DNA of 63,366 nucleotides, the filler included, from Neoconidiobolus thromboides FSU 785 (Eukaryota > Fungi > Entomophthoromycota), in NCBI GenBank assembly GCA_025603075.1. It is 5 parts of 5 records of this genome, joined end to end, with 100 filler letters (N's around TTAATTAATTAA, not from the genome) between each part and the next. Parts side by side here need not be neighbours in the genome. Positions count along the whole stretch, not along the records: positions 1 to 21,265 come from MU626546.1; positions 21,366 to 53,067 come from MU626475.1; 3 more parts are not named here. One strand, 5' to 3'. Shown here piece by piece: positions 12,681-23,970 of the stretch. Position 1 is the first letter of the stretch, and every line of letters starts with the position of its first letter. The notes beneath the pieces were generated by a model, which was not told the DNA's origin, ran no database searches, and saw only the letters and a program-made list of their open reading frames with translations. The position numbers and the translations under genes are program-made.

Positions 12681-14500
12681 ATGGAAACATTGTGTGATGT
12701 ATAGTATAGCAGTTAGTTCGCTTCCGATCGTGTTAAGATGTTTGATTTTTAAACAATGTATATTATTATTGCTATATTAAGATTTAAATTAGTATGCTAA
12801 TTCTAATCATTTTAGTTACATTTTTTGATTTTATCATAGGAGCAGTTTTATTCTTGTTGATAAATATATTGTTCGTGAGCAACATATTTATATCGAATAG
12901 TAATTTAATTTTGAATCATATGTATAATATATTAAAAATTTGATAGCAATAAGTAGTAGGTCAATGCGTGAATTAGATGTGATGACCTTTGTATTTAGTT
13001 TGGCCTGTCATTTTATATATAGCTTGATGTATTTTAAACTATTAGTCCCTCGGTTAGACATTTTTATAGATTTCAATTTCAGCCCATCAATATTATATTA
13101 TATATCATTATCATCAATTCTTTCATTTAAATTTGTTCTTGATCATCCTCTAGATTTAAAATATGATAAAAAAGTAATTAATTCCCTCTGATACATTATT
13201 TGTCTAAAGACCCTTTATAGAATTGGTCCTTCAAAGATAGTTTTGTAATTAGCTTATTGGATACTATTTCTAAAAAAAGCCATGAAATATTATTTCCTAT
13301 TGCAACTTCTACCATCTTTTCAATATTAACCTATTCTTATTATCATATGGTTATTTCGTACTTTATTAGGTAAAAATATCTAAGCTAAGTTTTCCAGTTC
13401 TAATTCAATAATATAGCATAGAATTTCAAATTACAATGCATTTTATACTTAATCTAGTACTAAGTGTTGCTTTAACGTACTGTATTCATTTTATTTGGAT
13501 AATGGTAACAGATTATGCTCATTCATTGTTGATTCAAGTAATTGCTATTTTATTTAATTTACCATTAACTTATTTTTAGCCCTTGAACATTGATTTAGCA
13601 CAATTTTATGACACTGATTTTTTGATTGATGGGTTTACAGATAAATCCAAATGTTTTCAAGTAATTTTGATTTATTTTTATAGACTTAGACTTATTATTT
13701 AGACTTTTTCCAGCATTCAATTGTTAGACCAAATAAAAACGAACATAAAATTTCGTGAGTTGCTATTCAATTCGCCAAGATATCCTAAAGAAAAGACAGT
13801 TTCTTTGCAACTAGTGAATATATTAATCCAAGAACCAAAAGAATTGTTAGATGAACTAAATAACATTCATTTTGAAGGTAATGGTTATATATATACATCA
13901 CACACAAGATAATTGGTGTTTTAGGATTTTATGAGAGTATCATTAAGCTTGATGATTATTATTTGTATTGGAAAAACAGGCTGCCAAGCTACCTCCCTAC
14001 TTATTTAAAAGATCGAATCAGTGAAGACAAATTAAGGTTCTTTTTTAAACTTTTAAATCAACAACCAAGATTAGCAAAATTCATCTTCAAATTTTGGTCA
14101 CCAGATCATCCACAAATTGTGATTGAAGAATTACTGGAAAAGCACACATTAATTCTAGTCAAGATTGAAAGTAGTATTTTATTACACTAGTTGAATTTAC
14201 TAATAATCGTATGTTTTAGTATTGATTGAATTATTAATAAAAAGTAGAACCGAAGACAAGCATGGTTATTTAAGTTTTAGAGCACAAGAAATTGAGGGAG
14301 CACTATCTCAATTAAATGAAAAAATCAATGAATATGTAATTTATTTGGAAAATATGAAATTCCAATTACCTATTAATTTAGGAAAATTTCAAATCAATAT
14401 CCTATCAATCAGTATGATTTTTATTTAACAATTTAGTTTTTCTAACATTTATTTTTTAGATATTCAAGAGCAAATCTCTCTTTTAAACGAGATGAAATAA
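12681..14500 (+). CDS. Hypothetical multi-exon protein, family not recognised
   Basis: A series of short open exons with GT/AG borders (track ORFs 13721, 13963, 14222). The last two splice in frame to ...ILSINIQEQISLLNEMK*. Start and 5' exons are uncertain. Confidence 0.45.
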
Positions 14501-14672
14501 ACAAAGGTTTAAAAATATCTTTTGACACAATATAGAATAAAATTATTTAATTTTATCAAATTTCATGAACTATATTATTTATTAGTGTAAATAATTTAAT
14601 ATGACTTTATTTTATAAAAACTATTGCCATATGATACTGCTAATTTAAATACAAACTTAGAACTCACTTCAT

Positions 14673-15032
14673 TTAATTTATGACAGAATATGCTGGGTTC
14701 TCACTAGTAGCCCATAAAACGTTACTTGGAGATTCCGAAAAAGTATTTGATAACGAAACTGCCCAAAGAGGATTGTTAGGACTAGGTAAAATTATATTAG
14801 TGGGTGATGGTGTAGTCATTGTTGATAAAGATATAGCCCAGTTTACATTATTTGGACTAATAGTTGGGGCTATTTCATCTTTGTGAATTATTGTTTTATA
14901 ACTTAAATATTGATTTGATAGTGTGGTAGTATATTGAAGGTTTTTAGCTATCTTTAATTCCTTTGTTATAGGGTTTGAGATTTTTGCTTCAAAGCTTAAG
15001 CATAATAGAAAAGACAATAAAATGAAATTCAT
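14673..15032 (-). CDS. Small secreted protein with three SPxNxxWAxS repeats
   Basis: ATG at 15032, signal-peptide-like MNFILLSFLLCLSFEA, intronless 119 aa; repeats SPNNVNWAISLS, SPNNPLWAVSLS, SPSNVLWATSEN. Confidence 0.7.
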   Translation of the reverse strand: MNFILLSFLLCLSFEAKISNPITKELKIAKNLQYTTTLSNQYLSYKTIIHKDEIAPTISPNNVNWAISLSTMTTPSPTNIILPSPNNPLWAVSLSNTFSESPSNVLWATSENPAYSVIN

Positions 15033-16714
15033 TTTTTTGAAATAAATAATTTACGAAATACTTTGTTTTATATAACTCTTTGATATAAAGGTGATCGATT
15101 TACCTCAATTATACTCTGCTTAAATTTCCGGTTTCTTAGAATTAAGAGTAAAATTTTGCAAAATTCAAAATTTAACATTTTAAAGAATCTACTAATGACC
15201 CTTGTCTTACCTTATATGAATCAAGTTGAATATCAAACACTAAAAATTAATTAAATGGATTCAAATAATTAAAAAATGCGTATTAAAGGTCATATGCCTT
15301 CATATTGATATCACTTAATGAGACTTTCGAAAGTTTAGCTTATAACTGTTAAATCATTTATTTAAAAAACATTTATTTTCAATGTTTTTATTGAAACGAT
15401 GCTTTATAAAGTAACTCCTGGAAAGCATTCTTCGAGTTTTTTGCTATGCTTATTTTCAGCATGTTCAGCCAAACTATACAGCTAATTAATACATGGCTCA
15501 TATTGATGTAAAATTCTTACGCTTTTGGTCTAATGGTACAGAGGAAAGTAGAGCGACAAACTTGACAAATAATAGTTCTAGCTTGTTCATTCTATTTTTA
15601 TTAATTATTTTTTAAAAAGTTAAATTTGAATAATACTTACCACTTTTAATTGACTCTTAGCTGTTTTACTATCTTTAGCGTTTCTTTCACGCTTCATTTG
15701 CGCTTTTGCTCCCTATTGAACCTTTTAGTTACACTTTATTTGAAAGTTGAATTTATTACATTGCCCATGTTTGTTAGTTGTGCTAAATTTAAAAAGAAAA
15801 GACAAGGAAAATTTTACTCGAAAAAATATTTATCAAAAAAAGACCAATCAATTTTTAATCAATCTGATGACAATAAATAAAAATATTTTATATAATAGTT
15901 AGGCTTAAACTAATATCAATGGTTGTTATAAAAAAACTTCAAAAGGCTACTTTTATATTTATATGCATTTATATTTGGAGTTTAAATGAAAAACTGCTTC
16001 CTATAAATGAATAAAAAAATTTAATATGAGATTACAAAAATGAGATGAATTTTATCTTTATTTAATATCTTGTATTCAAATATTTACTAAGTGAAATAGT
16101 AAAGAATGTTCTTAAAACCTTTTTAGTGAACTTAGAAATATTTATATTGAAGAAGTGTTCAACTTTAACCAACAACATTATGAAAGGATCCCCAATTATA
16201 AAAACGTGTACCTCATTGTCATAAATAATTTTCATTTAATTACTTTGTGGTTTATTCATATTAATATTGCTTATGTTAAGATATTAACTATCAGAAACAA
16301 CTAAAGGATGAGTATATTAATTTAAAGTATACAGGTAATATTAAATCATCAACTTTATTTTTGTCTTAAAAATTGAAACTAAAACATACTAAATAATACC
16401 CAATCAAGCATTTAAACTTCAAAAAGCCTATTCATTCCTTATTTTTTCATGTCCTTTTGATATGCTGAATAGTAAAACACCCTTATTTAAAAGCGTGTTA
16501 CTAGTCTTATAGATAGTATATAGTACACATTCTATTAAAACAACCAATAAATGTATATCTAAATTACGTTTTACGAAAAATGAGAAGTGATTAGCAGATG
16601 AAATAAGATGACTTAATTTGTAATAAATGTTAGTTGCTCCTAGGATATAAGGTTTTTTAGACCTACGAACTTCGCTAATTTCAATATGCTGGAACACGCT
16701 ATCAGCAGCATGTC

Positions 16715-17060
16715 TTATTTTTTGTCAGAGTTGCCTGTTATTGATTTAACTTTCTTTAAGTCCATATCAAACGTTCCATCATTGTCATGTAATATTATTT
16801 TAATTTTTTCTAAAATATCTTCGATTTGGAACTTTTTACAATAAGGATAGATTCTAGTATTCATCTCTTCTATTTTTTTGGCATTTTTAGGCTGATCACC
16901 AAAAATCGGCATACCCAAGATGGCTGCTTTGATAATATAAGCTTCGGTAATTGATTTCAAATATCCTATGGATATAAATAATCTTACATTTATATGGTTC
17001 AAAATTTGGTGTTGTGGTGCCTATTTTAATAGCTTGATGTTAAAATACACATTGTTAAAC
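16715..17060 (-). pseudogene. UDP-glycosyltransferase C-terminal relic
   Basis: HINVRLFISIGYLKSITEAY...ILGMPIFGDQPKNAKKI is a degraded UGT sugar-donor motif (FITHGGxNSxxEA...P.FGDQ..NA). No intact 5' part; a MITE sits immediately upstream. Confidence 0.7.
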
Positions 17061-17074
17061 ATTTTTTCAGTGTC

Positions 17075-17179
17075 ATATGGGGATGTGTTTTTGTATTTAC
17101 GAATTTTACTAACAATTTTTCCACACAAATAGTACTTAAATGATGGAAAAAGTGATGAAGCCAAGATAGCATCTCATAT
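17075..17179 (+). mobile_element. MITE-like family A copy
   Basis: atatggggatgtg ... gcatctcatat with the consensus interior. Confidence 0.85.
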
Positions 17180-17648
17180 AAAGAATTTATATAATAGCTC
17201 ACTTCTCTATATCAATTTGGATCTATTTTGTTATTATGAATGCTTTCTTTTTTATTTCTTTAATAAGTACAATGAACACAGACTTTAAACCTACTATATT
17301 TACGCTGTCGAAATGTTATAAATGTTTATGACCTTGAGGTTATATAATAGGGAGATTGAGCAACTTCAAAACTGTAAGATTTCACAAAGCTATTTCTCAT
17401 TGTTAAATTGTTATGGCCAATAGCTTTGTAATTTGGGGCTAATATATTTAATTTTATATATGGATTCTATAAGGCTTATTTGTCACATATTAATTATATA
17501 TTAAAGTCTTTAAATAAGTTGAATTTATTATGAAATATCTAATACCTTAAATTTGCCTGTATGATATTTTATAAATTAATAATCTGACTTATAAAATTCC
17601 ATAATAAAAATAAAGCTAAAACTTGATTTTATTTAAGTAGTAATATAC

Positions 17649-18419
17649 TTAACTAGAATTTTTGTTGATAAAGTCAGCAACAGCTGAAGCACGAGTATAC
17701 ACACCTGGTTTGCCTTTAAGAGCACAGCCCTCACCCCATGAAACAATACCAACCAATACTGGAGTGGTACCTTCTTCAATGAACATTGGACCTCCAGAAT
17801 CACCTTGACAAGAGTCTTTACCTCCTTCTGGATAAGCAGCACAGAATTGAGTCTTAGTGTCCAAATCTGAATAAGCTTGCTTACATTTAGCAGCATTAAA
17901 CACTGGTACTTTAACTTCCAAAAGAACTGGGGAAACATTACCACCGGATGAAGTAGTACCCCATCCAATAACCTTAAGTAAGGTATTATCTGTACTGGCA
18001 TACTTACCAGCATCAAGTTTGACACCTGTTGATGGTCCAGTTGCAGTATCAAGCTTCCAGATAGCGACATCATAGGCATGAGTACCCGCATTGTAACTTG
18101 GGTGAGAAATACGAGACTTGATCTTATAAGTCTTTCCTTGTTCTGAAGCTTCACTTAAATTCAAGTTATGACGATGTACACGAGCAGTCCATGATGAAGT
18201 TGATCCAATAACACAATGAGCAGCTGAGATAACAGTGTTTCCATTGTATAAAGTACCACCACATGAATGAGAACCTCCATAAGCAAGAGATACTGCCCAT
18301 GGATATTTAAATTTTGGAGATACTTCGTAACCACCTACAATACGACCAGGTGGTGTTGTGAATGGGATATCAGCAGCAATGGCAGCGCCAAGGAGAGTAA
18401 AGATAAGAGAAGATTTCAT
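17649..18419 (-). CDS. Secreted trypsin-like serine protease (S1A), intronless
   Basis: Signal peptide, propeptide ending R|IVGG, HSCGG, SAAHC (His), DVAIWKL (Asp), KDSCQGDSGGP (Ser, with Asp189 giving trypsin specificity), WGEGCA, PGVYTR. Confidence 0.97.
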   Translation of the reverse strand: MKSSLIFTLLGAAIAADIPFTTPPGRIVGGYEVSPKFKYPWAVSLAYGGSHSCGGTLYNGNTVISAAHCVIGSTSSWTARVHRHNLNLSEASEQGKTYKIKSRISHPSYNAGTHAYDVAIWKLDTATGPSTGVKLDAGKYASTDNTLLKVIGWGTTSSGGNVSPVLLEVKVPVFNAAKCKQAYSDLDTKTQFCAAYPEGGKDSCQGDSGGPMFIEEGTTPVLVGIVSWGEGCALKGKPGVYTRASAVADFINKNSS

Positions 18420-18683
18420 TTCAAAAATGATAGATAAGTTTCAAGGCTATTTTCCAGGTAGTATTTATACTCATTTCTTCCACTAGTTAAGATTTATTTA
18501 TTTGCATGTTTGTCACATTTCTCACGTATGGTTCACATTGTTACGTGATTAGCTGACTATTAAAATCACTATCCACTTTATAAAAATTTAATAATTTCAT
18601 TACATCTTATGATTTCTATTTAATGAAGTAAAATTTTGTGCCAATATAATCTCCTGTTTTGTTTGGAATAATTTGATAAGATT

Positions 18684-18789
18684 ATATAGGGGGTATTTTT
18701 TTTATTTCAAGGCTTTTTCATCTTTTAAGGGTTATTTGAGTTGAAAGATTGCTAGTAAAATTCTTAAGCAAAAAAATAAATTCCTATAT
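18684..18789 (-). mobile_element. MITE-like family A copy (diverged)
   Basis: Reverse-complement match: ataggggg...tttttcatcttttaagggttatttgagttgaaagattgctagtaaaattcttaa...ttcctatat. Confidence 0.7.
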
Positions 18790-19762
18790 TGTATTATAGA
18801 AGCATAACAATATATTAGCAATAAGATTTAAAGAAGTGTTTGTGATTTTTTAATATACTCTTGTATGGCCTTTTGCTAATAAGGTATCCAAACTTTAAAG
18901 CAGCTAATATTTTATAGCTATATAAATTACAGCCTTTAAAGCTTATTAAATCACAATAAACGTTATAAGTTATAGGCTATAAGCTAATGACCTTTATTAT
19001 CTATAATGAAGTATAGTTTACTTTTATGCTAAGTTTAGCCGAGACTTAACTATATGCATATTTTAGTACCCACTTGATCTTTATTTTGACACATTTGATA
19101 TTGCTTTACACAAGCAACAATAAAACATCTGACCTTTCAAATCTGAATGAAAAGCTTCAATATCATTTTACTTTAAAGTAATCACGTTTATATCAACGAT
19201 TGGTTTATTAAATTCAAAATTAAGTACATTGTTTTATAATTCATTTCAAATTTTTATTAATTATAAAGTAGTTGAAATATCGAGAAATATGAAATTGATA
19301 TTTTTTTTAATATTATTTGTAAATAAATTTTCTATGATTTTATCAAATTCAAACCTTTGTAGATTTCATAAGTTGGAATCAATAGAATGTAATCATGTCA
19401 ATAATTTTTGCTTTAGATAGTTTGCTATCATCAAATACTATGACTGATCATTAAGCTTTATGATTTTAGCAGTTGACTTTTATGAAGTAATATACTTAAG
19501 TTTATATATAATACGTGTTTCATTATAGTTACTATTTTTGATGACTTTAGCTTATTCATACTATCTAATTATTTTTATTTGAATTTATTTGAAGTAGCAT
19601 TTTTATTGATAATCTTTCAGTTGAATAATAAATTTTGCATTTTCTTATTTTATTCGGTCTAGTTTATAGGGGTAATGAAAAGTTAAAAGAACTTATTTTT
19701 GTTGCCTAAAAATGGTATTTTTTTACATAAAGATTCGATAAATGAAAATAAAACCTAACAAT

Positions 19763-19868
19763 ATATGGGGATGTATTTTTGTATTTAAGAATTTTACTGA
19801 CAATTTTTCCACATAAATAGCGCTTAAAAAATGGAAAAATAATGAAACTAAAAAAAACAGCCCTATAT
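19763..19868 (+). mobile_element. MITE-like family A copy (near-consensus)
   Basis: atatggggatgtatttttgtatttaagaattttactgacaatttttccacataaatagcgcttaaaaaatggaaaaataatgaaactaaaaaaaacagccctatat. Confidence 0.9.
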
Positions 19869-20657
19869 GGTATAAATAAAAAGCCTATTTAAAACACTTT
19901 AAAAGAATATAACCATTAATTTTTAAATTAAAATTATTGCGAAAAGTAATTTTTTTTTGAAATTTCAAAATTTATTAAACAAAATAAAATAAAATGTAGA
20001 AATAAAATATAGAAATTCAAGCATAGTAACCTAGAGTTATCTTATGTATTTTTTTAATATTTTTTAAGAGTCAAAAGAGCAGCATTAGGGTACACTGAAG
20101 GTTCTCAAGATATCAAATTTAAGGATAAACCAGTTATTTTTAAGCTTTTGAGGAAATATTCATAAATTTTATTAAGCTAAGAAAAAAAGCATCCCTTTAA
20201 TTCTTTATTTTTTTACATTTATTAATATTCTTTATAATTTTGGAAATCTAATTCAATAGACTTTCCATTACCCTTACATTAAGTTGGATGTAAAATTATG
20301 AATTCTACACATTGGTTGTCACTAAATTTAACATACACTTTAATGCTAATTTGTATAGCGATCATAACTTGTCTATATTTTTATAAGTGAAAACCCATAA
20401 AAAAATTTATAATGAGCGTAAATTTATTGGTATGTGTAGTCTGGTTTTCTTATGATCTGTATAAGTCTTTTATCTGTAACCAGTTCAAAAAGCTAGTAGA
20501 AGAACTAGTTGTTCTATATAGGAGAGCTCTTTTTGTTTAGTTTTAAGCAATAAATCTACTGGTAACTTTAAATAAATATTGCATCTTATGATTGATTTAC
20601 TCCGGTATCAAAGTACTGATCCTTTATTTCTATCGATAGCTCTTTAAGTATGATACT

Positions 20658-20762
20658 ATATGGGAGTGTTTTTTTTACTTCATTATTTTTTCCATTTTTT
20701 AAGCACTATTTAAGCGCAAAAATTGTTAGTAAATTCTTAAACACAAAAACACATCTCCATAT
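20658..20762 (-). mobile_element. MITE-like family A copy
   Basis: atatgggagtgt ... acatctccatat, interior is the reverse complement of the consensus. Confidence 0.88.
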
Positions 20763-21204
20763 GTTTTCATGTTGTGAACAGTATTTACTCAAAATTCATA
20801 TTTATCATTTTTAATTAGATATGCAGAATATAAAACATATGTGTATTATAAAAATAGCATTATCATTAATAATATGTTGAAACCTCCTTCAGGACAATAA
20901 GATTAACAGTTTCAATTAAGATTATTTTTTGATGAAACTATACTCCATTTTTAATATACATATCTGTCATCAATAATAGATGTAGAAGTTACTTATTTAC
21001 ATATATTTAAAAAAATTAATAGCTTATAACAATATTATTTAGGATTTTATTTAATAAAACAATCTCATTTAAAATACTTAAACAATTTAACAATAGCATA
21101 ATAGGATAGTGGATAGTTTATAATAAACATAGAAAATCTTTAATTTTATGGAAAATTGTATATTGAATTCTATTAAAATATCTTTCAAAAATATGATAAA
21201 GGAA

Positions 21205-21265
21205 TTAACTAGAATTCTTATTAATAAAATCAGCAACAGCTGAAGCACGGGTATATACACCTGGT
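21205..21265 (-). CDS. 3' end of a second trypsin paralogue, truncated by an assembly gap
   Basis: Reads PGVYTRASAVADFINKNSS*, the same peptide as the end of 17649-18419, with synonymous differences. Confidence 0.85.
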
Positions 21266-21365
21266 NNNNNNNNNNNNNNNNNNNNNNNNNNNNNNNNNNN
21301 NNNNNNNNNTTAATTAATTAANNNNNNNNNNNNNNNNNNNNNNNNNNNNNNNNNNNNNNNNNNNN
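21266..21365. other. Artificial contig spacer (44 N + TTAATTAATTAA + 44 N)
   Basis: Identical 100-nt layout at four places; the 12-mer puts stops in all six frames. Confidence 0.97.
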
Positions 21366-21366
21366 A

Positions 21367-21690
21367 AGTACCAGTAACTATGCAGGTTCTGCCGGTACTG
21401 GTTCTACTTCTGGTGTCACTTTAGGAACTGCTGGTTTTGGATCATCTACCAACTTCCAAGCTTCTCAAGGTAACATCTTTAATCAATCTGGTGTCACTGG
21501 TTCAGGTACCAGTTATGGTCAATCTCTTGGTCCATATTCAGGTACTAATGCAGGTAACAGTGTTGGTATCATTGCTACTGGAGCTGGATCTGTTGGCTCT
21601 TCTAATAACTATGGCTCATCCACTGGACTTGGTGTCATTGGTGCTGGTACTAACTTCAATGGTTATGACAATGCTACCCCATACCACTAA
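21367..21690 (+). CDS. C-terminal 107 aa of a Gly/Ser/Thr/Asn-rich low-complexity protein (5' end lost in the gap)
   Basis: Open frame STSNYAGSAGTGSTSGVTLGTAGFGSSTNFQASQG...GAGTNFNGYDNATPYH* with strong codon bias (GGT, TCT, ACT, AAC, TTC) like the trypsin. The track lists only an off-frame ORF here. Confidence 0.85.
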   Translation, partial: STSNYAGSAGTGSTSGVTLGTAGFGSSTNFQASQGNIFNQSGVTGSGTSYGQSLGPYSGTNAGNSVGIIATGAGSVGSSNNYGSSTGLGVIGAGTNFNGYDNATPYH

Positions 21691-22956
21691 TTTATTGATA
21701 AATAAAAAGTAATACTTAATATTGAAATTAAGATTTATTGAATGCAAAAACCTTTTTTCTATCATTTCCTAATAATGTTAATAATAAGTACTAGTTAAGG
21801 CCAGTAAATGCTAATAAGTTTAAAATCTATAAATCATTAGTTTCAGGAGTTCTTTTCATATCAAATATGAGAAAGTATTACAATTAGACTGAGAAAAGGA
21901 TGTTATATTTTTTATAGCATCATGAAAATAAAAGCAATAATGAAATTCAAAGAAAACAACCCCTAGTTTACTAGATTTCTTGCTATAAAAGGTTTAGTAT
22001 ACTGCTTATTTAGTGCAATTGAAATATTTTTTTGTAGTTGATTATAAAAATAATTGGATAGCTATAATATTGCATATTTTCCATTAATCCTTATCAAAGA
22101 AATCAAAAGCTATTTGCAGACTGTAACATTTCATTGAATTTTACGGCATTTATTCGGATGATTTTTCTATAAGCTTATTACAACTCAATTCAAAATAAAT
22201 GGTATAGATTTACTAAAAGCTCCTTAGTAAATTTGCCTTGTTTATTTTGGATGGAGTTATAACTTTGAATTTCATTGAGATAAATGCTTCAAAATGATGC
22301 ATTATTCAAAATTTGATTAATTAGAAAATAGGATTTAGAATATACCATTTGAAGTAAAGCACAATATAATACACAAAGTCCTTTTAAGGGTTAATTTATT
22401 GTTTAGATCATACGTTTGCCAAGACTTATTAAGATGGTACATCTGGCTGGTCCTTCAACAAAAATAAGTAACTTCTTTGTAAAACATAACACTAAACCCT
22501 CTTAAAAATTAATGTTTTTTAAAGACTTTATTAGAAATGAGAATATATTCATTAGTAAATGATGATGGCACTTTTTCGATCAAAGAAAAGTAAAAAAAGA
22601 TATTTATAGTGGATATAACAATGGTTCTAATGTCTTATAATAGTTGAATTTTTTCATCTTACTTTTCATGTTATATTATTGAAAACTATATTAATAGTTT
22701 AATTAAAGACTTTTATTTCTTATTATTTTTCTTTAATATATTCAAAAAAATAACCGAAAATGAGTAGTTTTCTAAAACATTTGAACCATTAGTATAACCA
22801 CTTTTATAAAAAAAAATTATGAAAACAACTAATAAACTATAGTTATTACTTAAGACAATAACATAAGATAAGACAGATTTTATATTAAAAATAATTATGT
22901 TAAATTTTTTTAACTTCTTTTTCGAATTTAATATTTTAACAGTCTAACAATAAAAG

Positions 22957-23970
22957 ATGAGTTACGTAGGAGAAATAATAGTATTAATTCAAGCTTTAAT
23001 AGGCATAGTGATCAATATTACAATGTTTTATATAATTGTTATTAAGTTAAAGTTAAAAGGCACGGATTTAAAATTAATATTGGTGATTGGGATCCTTGAT
23101 TGTTTATTTTATATAAATTCAGCTGTAAGAGTATCACTGATGATCAATCTCAATCAAGATACAACTTTATTCCCCAATTGGTGGTGCGCGAGTGACACAA
23201 TAATAATAATAATAACATTAGAATCTTCCTTAGAATTAGTAGCTATCTTAGGTTTAATGCGATATTTTGTTATTTGTACCAAATATAAGATATCTGGTCT
23301 AATTTGGTATATCATATCTTCAATATCAATTTTATTATCTTTAGGAACAGCATTATTCAATTTACGTTATAAAGATCCTTATTTTTGGTCGCCATCAAAA
23401 CTAGTATGTTTACCTTTTCCTAAACTAACATCCAGTAATGCAACATTTGCTAAATTTACTTATATTTTATTTATGACAAGATTTCTACTTAGCTTAATTA
23501 TCATTGTATTTTGTTATTTTAATTTGAATTTAGCCTATAATAAACAGTTATCATTAAAAATCAAAAACGAAAGTTCAAGGCACGCACTGTCAGGTAGGTG
23601 GGAGATTTGTGATGAAAACGAGTCCCCACCAAAAGGAAGCTTTTATTCTCAATACAGTGATATAGAAGCTAAAGTATCAAGTATTAAGTTGTGGACTACA
23701 TTAAAGTTAAGTGGTATGATATTAGCTTATATAATATTTATATTACCAAATGCAACAATATCATTATCCTTAGCTTTGAATCCAAGATATATTGATCCAA
23801 GTATAACTACTTTTAGTCATATATTTAATTCATTTACTGGTATTATAAATCCATTATTTGTTTTATTAATTCATGATCCAGCTCGCAAACAAGTAGACAA
23901 AATGTTAGCTAAATTGAATTTAAAAGCACTGCCAAATGCTTCTCAATTTGCTTTTCCATATAGTCCTTGA
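22957..23970 (+). CDS. Class A (rhodopsin-like) 7TM GPCR, intronless; paralogue 1
   Basis: Seven hydrophobic segments with N1.50 (GIVIN), D2.50 (LGILD), C3.25 to R3.50 at the exact spacing (WCASD...GLMRY), ECL2 Cys, TM5 FCY, TM6 ILP and TM7 INP. Confidence 0.85.
   Translation: MSYVGEIIVLIQALIGIVINITMFYIIVIKLKLKGTDLKLILVIGILDCLFYINSAVRVSLMINLNQDTTLFPNWWCASDTIIIIITLESSLELVAILGLMRYFVICTKYKISGLIWYIISSISILLSLGTALFNLRYKDPYFWSPSKLVCLPFPKLTSSNATFAKFTYILFMTRFLLSLIIIVFCYFNLNLAYNKQLSLKIKNESSRHALSGRWEICDENESPPKGSFYSQYSDIEAKVSSIKLWTTLKLSGMILAYIIFILPNATISLSLALNPRYIDPSITTFSHIFNSFTGIINPLFVLLIHDPARKQVDKMLAKLNLKALPNASQFAFPYSP

Noticed and set aside
17633-18154. 173-aa ORF overlapping the trypsin in another frame
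   Set aside because: A shadow ORF produced by the trypsin's strong codon bias; no motifs.
21310-21321. Perfect TTAATTAATTAA palindrome centred in N runs (also at 53112, 56522, 59692)
   Set aside because: Identical 44+12+44 layout four times: an artificial six-frame-stop linker, not biology. Track ORFs containing X runs are artefacts of it.
21437-21712. 91-aa ORF from the track
   Set aside because: Off-frame shadow of the Gly-rich CDS (21367-21690), whose frame has the coherent composition and codon bias.
22957-23970. GPCRs as light-sensing opsins
   Set aside because: No Lys at position 7.43 (Ser in all three), so no retinal Schiff base.
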